A stretch of 64,000 nucleotides of DNA from Vicugna vicugna (lineage: Eukaryota), in the NCBI GenBank assembly GCA_013265495.1, contig MU062317.1, positions 1,548,229 through 1,612,228 on the forward strand, given 5' to 3'. This document shows, one piece after another, positions 1-9,224 of the stretch. Position numbers and translations under genes: made by a program. The notes beneath the pieces are model-generated. The model ran no database searches and had not been told where the DNA came from. It was given only the letters and a program-made list of their open reading frames with translations. How positions within the stretch are numbered: position 1 is the stretch's first letter; every line of letters starts with the position of its first letter.

Positions 1-540
1 TGCCACCCTGGGGGCTAGGGGTGGAAAACGCGCCGCAAGTTCTGGGTGCGTGGCCAGCGGCCAGCCAGCAGGCAGCTCCTCCCGGGCAGGGCAAGGCTCC
101 ACCAGGCCGCCTCAGTGAGGTGGCTCAGTGGGCGCTGTGCCTGCCTCTAGCCTGAGACCTGGGGGGCCCTCTCCTGAGAAGGAGGCGGGCCTCTCGGAGG
201 CTCCCAGGGAATCAGCACCAGTGCACCAGGGGGCCCCCGAATCCCCCTTCTCCACTCCGGGGTGGGGCAGGCAGACAGGCTGGGGTAGGGGTGCCATGAG
301 GCTGCCACCCATGCACCTCACACCCCAGGAAGATACCCAGTCTCCAGGAGACTCAAGGAGAGGGCTCCCTTCTCCCCTGGGCCTCAGTGCCCCTGTGGTC
401 CCGCCTCCTGCCCTCTGACTTCTGGGAGTGGGGGACATTGGCTCTGGATGGTCTACACGCTTCATGGCTATTTACCGAGTGACAACCAGACTCCTGAGCC
501 CCTGGCGACACACCGTTCCCTGACTGGAGTCCGTGTGCAA

Positions 541-603
541 GAGACAGATTCAGAGAGACACAGAGAGACGGAGAGACACAGAGAGATGGAGAGACTGGAG
601 AGG
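541..603. repeat. Purine-rich degenerate (GAGA(C/T))n simple repeat
   Basis: gagacagattcagagagacacagagagacggagagacacagagagatggagagactggagag: repeated agagagac-like units. Confidence 0.7.
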
Positions 604-1412
604 CGGGGCACCTGCCCTCCCTGCCCAGCGCACTTCCCAGCAGGGCCCTGGCAAACACAGCCCCTCAGACCACCCAGCAGGGGCCTGGCGGTCAGGGCTG
701 GACGGAGCCGCCTCCCACAGCCCCGCCTGGCACAGGCAGCTCCTCCCAGCCTCCGCTCCTGCTGGCCGGCGGGTCACCCGGGATGCTCCCGGGGGAGGCC
801 TCCCTTCTCTGGAGCCTGGGCAGGCCGCCTGGTCTTGGTGCCAGGCGGGTGGTGAGGCCAGCTGTGCAGAGCAACCCCCGCCACCCTCAGGCAGGGCTTC
901 CTGGAGGGCGCCTGGGTGCCCAGCCCGCCAGCCTGGTTCCTGTGTGGCCTGGCCAGCCCTGCGAGCTCACTGCCTGCCCAGAGCGGCCTTCTCGCCCTGG
1001 GAGCCCTCTGTCCTGGAGGAGCTGGCGGGGCCTCCAGGCCTGTTTCAGCAAGACCACCGCCACACACAGGACAGGCAGCTCTCAGAACCGACAGCATACA
1101 GCTGCCTGGGGCCTCCCCCTCCCGCCCTGTCCTCTCAGGGCAGGGCCAGCCCATGACCTCTCCGATGGAAAACTGGGTGGCTGTGGGCACAGGGGCCCTT
1201 GGGAGGCAGGTGGGGAGTGGGGGCTGTGGGCCCACTATTGCCTCAGTCCCTCAGCAAGCCTGGAGGTGGCCGCTGGGGGAGTGAGCAGGCCAGGCAGTAA
1301 CCCGCACGGGCCACAGCTGCCCCAGTCCACGATCCTCCTGGCACGAGGCCCCGGGTCTCAAGGCACAAGCGGGCGCCCCACTGCCACAGCCAGGGGCGTT
1401 TTCTGATGGAGA

Positions 1413-1422
1413 CTATAAATAG
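1413..1422. promoter_or_regulatory. Perfect MEF2 consensus site overlapping a TATA-like motif
   Basis: CTATAAATAG matches CTA(A/T)4TAG. E-boxes CAGCTG (1314-1319) and CAGATG (1462-1467) and CTGTCA (1425-1430) lie nearby. Motif match only. Confidence 0.4.
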
Positions 1423-2559
1423 GGCTGTCATCGGCAGGCTAGGCAGGCTGACCGGGCCTGCCAGATGTGCCTGGCTCAGCCTCAGGCCAGCCCTCCCCAC
1501 CCCTGCACGGCCCTGGAACAGGACCCTCCTCAAACCTCTGGTAACCCCCCGTGGGGGTCGGAGACCTATCGGCCACCCCCGCCCAGACCCCCCCGACAAC
1601 CAACGGTGGGAGCCAGGACCAGGCGCCCCCACTAATGCTGCTCCAGAGCCCTGTGTGGGGCCCCAGCCCAGGGAGGGGAATAGGGGACGTGCTGCCCACC
1701 CCTGGCCCCCCAGGGGCTTCTCGTTCGGCAGGCAAGTCCTTACCGAACTCTCTCTCGAGGACCCGGCGAGGAAAGAGGGCAAAAGTTGGGCAGAAGTGGA
1801 GAGGTGCTTTCGAGTAGATGCCACAGTTGGGTTTAGGGGCACTCCTGGGGCACCACACAGGCTCTGAGAAACAAAGGAGATTGGCCACGAGCGGGAAGTG
1901 GGGCCTGCTGTGCGCTGAGGGAGAAGAGGGGAGCAGACTCTGCTCAGGCAGTCGGGGTGAGGAGGGGAAGGGGGAGGGCCCAGAGACAAGACCGGGCTGG
2001 GCCTGGATGTGGAAACGGGAGGGGGCAGGTAGTGGTGACAGTGCCGAGGACAGGGTGTGTAGACTAAGGGGGTTACTGTCTTGATGACAGTGTGGCTTGG
2101 GGCACAGAGGAGGCCAGGTCTAGAGGAGAGAGGAAGGGAGGGGGCAGGCCACCGTGGGGCCTTCTGGGGTCATGTTCAGCAAGGCCCTACCCCACCTCCC
2201 AGCCAGGGTCCAGGCTCCTGGGCCACCCTGGGGGCTGAGGGAGGTGGAGCTCAGAGAGGACAGCCACTGGCCTGCCCCCACCTCCAGAGAAGGTGCACAC
2301 ACCAACCCCATCAGTGACTAGGGTCAAGTCTGGGCCTGCTGGCCTGGACAGGAGGCACTGAGGATTGACGAGGCCCAGGGCCTCCAGGGAGCCGGGTGTC
2401 AGAGATCCAGAGGCAAGGCCGCTATTCCCACCAGTGGGCACGTGTTTCCCACTGGGGAAGACTGGGGGTCTTAAAGGCTCGGGTTTTCCTCCGGATCTGG
2501 TATAAAGGGGAGGCAGCTCCCCCCCCCGCGAAAAAAGGGCACCCCAGCAGGCTGAGCGG

Positions 2560-4000
2560 GAACCTCGTAGAGAGGGCGGACTCAGATGAGGTCCTTGGAG
2601 CGCGCCCCTCCCCGCGCTCGGCCCGGAGCTGCAATTCCCGTCTCCGCCGCCGGGGGTCGCGTCAACACCCCCGCCCCCCACCCCACTACCCAGGCCGCGC
2701 GGCGCTCGAACACGTGCCAACGTCAGCGCCCGCCCCGCCCCCCCGCAAGGGAGACGCTCGGAGCGCGCGGGGACCCCCTATCCTAGCCCCGAGCGGGGAG
2801 GGGGTGCTCCACCCCAAATTGCCCCCGAGGCCCCTCCCCCCAGGGTATCCCTCTCCCCCCATCCCGCTCCTCCCCCGCACGCTGGGCGGGCGAGGGGAAC
2901 CATGATCAGGACTGGGCGGGGGGAAGGGGCACTTCCTGCCGCCCGCTCCCCTCTTCTTCCCGAGCGCGCACCGCCCCGCTTCCCCGAGCGGCTCGCGGGG
3001 CGGGGAGTGCCCACGCCCGCTCTGCCCCCACCCAAGCCTGAGCCCGAGCCCGCCCCTCGCAGGGGATGGGGTCGATCCCGCGGCTGCGGGGGAACCGCGC
3101 GGCCCCACCCGCGCTCCCGGCGCAGGCGTGGAGAGGAGGGGCCCGGGTTGGGGCGGGCCGCCCCGTCGTAACCCCATTATCGACCCCGCCCCACAGCCGG
3201 AAGCGCCCCCGGGTTCGCCCCCGTCGGAATTGGGAGGCGGACGGAGCCCAGCGTCCCGCGCCGAGCATGGGGAGGGGAAGTGAAACTGGGCGGCGGGGCC
3301 CCGGAGGCCGCGGGCTGCGTCGGGGTTTCTGTAGACGCACAATCGGAAACTGAGGCCGCGGGACGGGGCCGCGGCAGCCACGCTGTCCTTCCGGACCCCG
3401 GCCGCCAGCGTTCCCGCCGCCCCGCCCTACTCGGGAAGCCCCTTCGGCCGAGGGGCCTGGGGCGCAGGAACCTCCCCTCGTCTGCCTTCTCCAGCCTCGC
3501 TGGCCCTCGCAAGGCAGCTTCACGGGAGGAAGTGGGGGAAGCTGTCCTGCCCCGACTGGGGGCGGGGCCTTCCTGGGGAGGGCCCTGCCCCCCGCCCCCG
3601 CCCCTGCGGCCCGGCCCCCAGGCTCCCGGCACCGCCCACGAGGGGCGCACACCCTCCCAGTGACTCACCCCGGCGGTGACACACACTCTGCCTGACTCAC
3701 TGGGCTCCGGGGCCCACACGGACACCCGGTGCTGGGGTGCACCTCGGGTTCGCGCTCTGTACCCCCAAAGGCGCATTTGCGGGGCATCCGAGACCTGTGT
3801 GCCTTGGGAGGGGTCTCCTGCGGTGCTGCTCGGCCTTGGGGGGTGTCCGGCCTCTGACCCGCAGGGCGTGGGCCCCGTACCCGCGATCCTGGACTCCGAG
3901 CCAGGAACACGGAGCCGCGTGGAAGACAGGCGGCAAAAGGGCTTACGTTCACCCCAGAAGGGCCTGCGAGGGGCCCCCACACCCGGACGGCTCACCGGCC
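2560..4000. promoter_or_regulatory. CpG island about 5-6.5 kb downstream of the SKI poly(A) site
   Basis: Dense CpG and many GGGCGG boxes; ETS CCGGAAG (3197-3203, reverse 3388-3394); reverse CCAAT (3229-3233); TATAAAG (2501-2507); AP-1 TGACTCA (3661-3667, 3693-3699). Boundaries judged by eye. Confidence 0.75.
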
Positions 4001-5934
4001 TCCTCGGGCCTGGGGGGCTACGCGTGGGGACTGCGCACCCTCCCCAGCCCGGCTTCCGGCCAGGCCGGAAGGAGCAGGAATTTGGAATGTTTGGAACCAG
4101 TATTAAAATTCTCCGGAGGCTTCCTCGCCCCCGCCCTTCCCCCAGGGATGGGCGGGGCAGAGGGAGGAGACTGGCACGCAGCCGCCCGGAGGGGGTACCC
4201 CAAGGCAGGGGACAGGCCCTGGCGTCAGGCCGGAGACGCGATCTCGCGGGTGCGGGTGAAACCTGTGCTGCGGACAGCCCGGGCGCCCTGCAGCGCTGTC
4301 TTCTACTCTTAGCACCCGGCCCATCGCCAGCCCCAAGCACGGGTTTGCAGGAAGGTGGGAGTGAGGCCCATGTCCTGACAGGGGTGCCTGCAGGAAGGCC
4401 ACCGTGCACCGCTGTGGGGGCCACACTGCGGCCGGCGGAGGAGCTCGAGCCGGCCACTGCCTTCCTGCCTGGGGAAGCAGTTGTGGGGGAGAGGCAGATG
4501 GCCTCAGGGACAGGGGCCAGTGACACCTGCCCGGGAACGGGCTGCAGCCTCTGGGCCCAACACCCCTCTAGCCCAGACTTTGGCAGGGAGCCTCCTCCGC
4601 AAACCACCAGAGCCTTTTCTGGGACTATTTTTTCTTAGAAACAGGAAGTTGGGGTGTGAGCCGCACGTTTCCCAGATCAAGGCCCCGCCAAGGGCAGGGC
4701 AGGGTTGGGGTTCGGATCCATGGGATCGCGCCACCCTGCCAGGTTCCTGCAGCCTCCAGTGCCCGCGGGAACCCCAGGCGCCAAGCGGAGAGGAGTACAC
4801 AGATGGAAGGGCGGGGAGAGTAAGAGAATGGACCCTGCGGGCTGCCCAGGCTCTGATGCCCACCCTGTTCCAGCCCTAGCACTGGGGTCACTTCAATCTC
4901 GGAGGGCCCTGAGGTGTGGAATGTCGTCCCTTTCTCCCTCCGCCAGTTCCCATCCCTGCAGCCAGGCGTGTTCTTGCACCTTGAGCAGACACCTGCCCCA
5001 GAAGAGGTGCCTCCGTCCTGGGCCCTGAGGGTCTGGGACTCGCATCCCGTCCCTGGGGACCCAGCCCCTTCCTCTTCTCCAGCAGAGCCCCTTGGCCCTG
5101 CGACCTGCTTGCCTGGTAGGGTTGGGGTGTCTCCGTTCCTGCCCCAGGTCTGATGCCGTCTCATGCTCCCAGGGGCATCTGACCTGGTGGTCCCACTGCC
5201 AGCCACCCTGGGCAGGGGCCCTGTGGGGGGCACCATGGGCACAGCCCTGGACATCTGACCCAGGCCTCCAGGCCCCTCTGCCTGGCGGGCTTAGCCGTGC
5301 ATCAGGCCCAGCCAAGGTCACCAGCTGGCCAGCACAGGGAGGCTTGGCGTTGGAGGGTGTCCTTCCAGGTGGGCTTCCAATGACTGGGGACCCCACAGCA
5401 ATGGGGTTTGGAGCCCAGGAGGGCCTGTGGGGTGGCCCTGCCTGGAGTCTGTCCAGCCTGGCATCATCTACGGATCAAGGAGGGGTGGGGGGCAGGGATC
5501 AGGGATGGGGAGGGGACCGTGAGAGGCAGAGGTAGGGGATGTGGGGGGACCTGGGTCTGTCTCTGGGGCTGCAGGGGCACCAGTAACTGCCTTCCCCTCT
5601 CTGCCTGGGCTTTGCTGACTCAGGCATCTCTGGGCGCAGGCTCGGATGGGGGCTCTATAGAAAGGGCAACCTTGGGCTCCCTGCACAAGGAGCCCTGTCC
5701 CTGGAAGTTCCTGGAACAGGCCTCCGTGGCAGCAGGAGTGACCTGGGCGAGAGCTAGGGCCGAGCTTCCTGCCTGTGAGGGCTGCCAGGCAGGGCACAGA
5801 GCAGGAAGGCCGACCCCAGCCCGGCCGGATGCCTGCCTGGCACAGGATGCACCACAGACCAGCCAGGCCAGGCTGGCTCCACCTGCCGGTCCACCCCCCC
5901 GCAGTGGGGCCACCTGCTCTGGGGCTGGGAGCCC

Positions 5935-5965
5935 CGGCCCCAGCGGCCCCAGCGGCCCCAGCCCC
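5935..5965. repeat. Short tandem repeat (GGCCCCAGC) x3
   Basis: ggccccagcggccccagcggccccagcccc. Confidence 0.7.
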
Positions 5966-8900
5966 TGGCACAGGCCTGGGCACAGATGGCCCAGCGTGTG
6001 AGGCCTGGTGCAGGGCGCACGTCGTCGGTCGTGGGGGCTGGGGCGGGCAGGCGTCCAGGTCCCAGAAGCCTGTCCCCACCCCCCCAGGGACGCCTATCAG
6101 TGGGTGGGGCAGACAGGAGGGTGCAGGCCTACTGCCCCCCAGAGCACAGCGGGTTTCTGTGGGGAGGGGCCGGGATCCCCTCCAAGGCCCTGGTTTCACA
6201 TCCTGCCGACAGCCCCACCCTTTCCTGAGGGCACAGACTGTCCTGGGGGATGGACCAGAGGGGCAGGCCAGCCCTCTTTTCCCAGTGGGATTCCACCTCC
6301 CTTCAAGGGGTGGTCACCTAGGTCCCCCAGAGTGCAGCTGGGGCCCCTGGCCAGCCCAGATGGGACCACCAGCTGCCTGGAGGCCTGGCACAGCGTGGGC
6401 GGGAGGACCTGGGGGTCTCGTGGACTGCGCTCGTCCGAGTTAGACCTGCTCCTCGAGCCTCCAGCATGCTCTTCTTGGCCAGCAAGGAGTGACCCTGGGG
6501 CAGGGCAGGGATGAGGGAGAGGGGCGAGGCGTCAGGGGGCAGCGAGCAGGGCAGGCCAAGGTCCGGGGCCAGGGGGGCCAGGGAGGGGGCCGCTGGCTAA
6601 CTGTTACTGTTAAGTGGGGAGGCGGCTTCCTCTTTCCACGGAGGGTGCGCCTGGCATCCGCCTCCCCAGATTAGGGCCCCTGCGGTCAGCCCCCTTGACC
6701 ACAGGGTGGGGCGCGGGGGCTGAGGGGGCCAGACTGCGGCTCAGGGCCGACAGACAAGAGGAGGGGTGGGGACCCCAAGACAGAGGCAGGCAGGCACAGC
6801 TGGGAGCTGAGGGGGCCAGGGTGGGGCCCAGTCTGCTGGTGACAGAGCAGAAGTGAAAGCTAGGGGTGGGGGTCACGGGGTGGGAACAGAAGCTGGGGGC
6901 CTATGTAGGATCCCAGGGGTGACCCCTTCCCCCTGCCCTGGGCTCATTTCATCCCCAGGCCTTGGGGGGTTTGGAAACCGGCACCAATAGGGGAGGGGGC
7001 CAAGAACTGCCAGTGTGGGCACCTCATTCCGGCCCAGGGCTCTGGGTAGACAAGGCCAGGCTGTCGGACAGCCCCGTGGGTCCCCACAGAGGCCCTGCTG
7101 GTGTGGGGGAGGGCAGGCCACCTCCGTCTTCCATAACCTTTGCCCTCACCTGGCCTGGGGCTGCCGGGAATTCCTGGGGAGAGGTTTCTCCCAGCCTGAC
7201 CTCCCTCCAGGGCGCTTCACTATGGCCTTGGGAAGGGGGTTCTGACACCCATCCTGCCTGCCCTGGACCGGGGTGCTGTCGGCTTACAACCAGAAGTGAC
7301 CTCAGCAGCGCAGGAGGGTGGCTGAGCCCTGAGGTCCCAGCTCCAAGGGCCTGGCAGGTCAAGCACCCACAATGGCCAGGGGGCAGCACACGCTGCACAG
7401 CATGGCCTCCACCAGGGCCGACCACCACAGGGAAGGCCCTCGGGGGTCTCCCAGCCCCCAGATGGCCCCCACCTCCCTCAGGAGCACCTCCCTCCCCACC
7501 GTGGGTCCCGGACCCTTCATTTCTCTCGCAGAGGGGACCTCAGATGGCACATGGGCCGTTTCAGTGGTGAGCTAGGGTGGGAGCCAGGAGGGCCGAGGGG
7601 TCTGGGCACCGCTGGCAGGAGATGCTCCGGGGAAGGGGGAGGGAAGGCTGTTGCCAGGCAGGGCCTGGAACTAGCCTTCGGCAGCTCTGAGCACGGCAGT
7701 GGACTGCGCAGCGGAGGGCACCCATGTGGCTGGGACGATGCCCTGGGGGGCGGCCAGTCTGGACAGGTCTCTAACATCACCCTTGGTCACACTGCCCATC
7801 CTGGTGGGCCCGGCGGAGGTGAGGAAGGTGCAAGTGTCTGGCATTGAGAGTGAGCAGGGCCTCGGTGGCCCTCAGCCCACGTCCATGCCAACAGGGGTGC
7901 CCCTCGGACCGCCGGCTGGCCGCGGTAGACGGCTGTCCACCCTGGAGACCCCAGGAGACAGTGGTGAGGGGCAGCCCTCGGATGGACGGTGCCAGGCAGC
8001 GGCCAGGCAGAGGGACCGCGCGGCCCAGTAGCACGGACAGTCTGGCCGCCTGCCCTCTCCCGGACACAGGGTCCAGCCCTACCTGGGGAGAGGGGCCCTA
8101 CAGGTCAGTGGGAGGCCACTCCTGAGAGAGACGGGAGCCAGGCCTGGGGGACACCTGTGCTGAGGGGCAGAGGCTGTTGGGACCCTGGCTGTATCCGCCC
8201 AGGGGTGTGTTGCACACATCTGGGCCTGGGGCACAGCAGGAAGCAGTGGGGGTCCGGGGCTGCAGTTTAGGGCCCAGCCTCAAGTTCACACCGCCTGCCT
8301 CCCCTCCTCTGCCCCATCCCCCAACCTTAGAAGGGCAGCTAATGGAGGGACCGGGTTCTGGGGCTTGGGGAGTCCCCATGAAAGACAGGCAGAGGCTGGG
8401 GGAGCAGGGCTCTTTCTCCTGGGCCCCACGGTCTCCCCTGCCCCAGCCTGGTGTGGGTAGAACCTGGGCTTCTCCGTCCACACCACAGCCCACCCTGCAC
8501 CCCTCCCTGGGGCTCCTGGGGATCTATGTGCGGTGGTGGGGTTGGGAGACCTAGGCTCAGGTTTCAAGGGGGCCTTCCAAGGCTGGGGGGAGACAGGGAC
8601 ACAGGGCCCCTCACAGGCCTGGTACACCTGGGCTCCCATCTGCCTCACAGATGATCTGGGAGGGATCAGGGCCTGGGTTGGAAGGCCAGAAGTGGGTGGT
8701 GGCAGGAAGCCCAGAGAAGGGGCAGTCTGGCACTCCTGGGCCCAGCACAGTGGGGTGTGCAGTCTAGGGGAGCCCCTCTGTTTCTCCCTCAGGACACCCC
8801 CAGCCCCGCCCCAGTTAAGACGGGCGGTTCTGCAGGGAGCTGGCCACCTGTCCCTGGGAGGAGAGGGCAGGTCTCCAGGCCTCATGGAGGACAGGCGGGA

Positions 8901-9224
8901 AAGGCCCTTCCAGCCCGTCTCATGCCCCTGATCTGGCCAAGCAGGGCCTCCAGCTAACGGCCACGGTACAAGGAGTTGCTGGTTTGGCCAGACTGACAGG
9001 GATAGAGGACAGCCCAGTGGGGACCTGCCAGCTTGTGCCCATGTCCACTGGGGTCGGTGGACACTGAAGGCCCCCATGGTCTGACTGGAAGGCGGACAAG
9101 GAGTCCAGGAGAGGGGTCCGGGAGGCCAAGCACGCGCTCAGTCCTGTACTGAACACTTTTCTGGGGGAGGGGCGCCAAAGGACTAATGGGTACACAGAGA
9201 AATAGATAAATATGCCAAGCTTTT

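Noticed and set aside
1-2400. Possible MORN1 terminal exon expected from human synteny
   Set aside because: No recognisable MORN1 peptide and no plus-strand AATAAA here; it probably lies left of the window.
3177-4638. Long overlapping ORFs (476 aa minus, 320 aa plus) across the CpG island
   Set aside because: Pro/Gly/Arg/Ala-rich low-complexity translations open on both strands with no recognisable domain; expected from stop-codon scarcity at very high GC.
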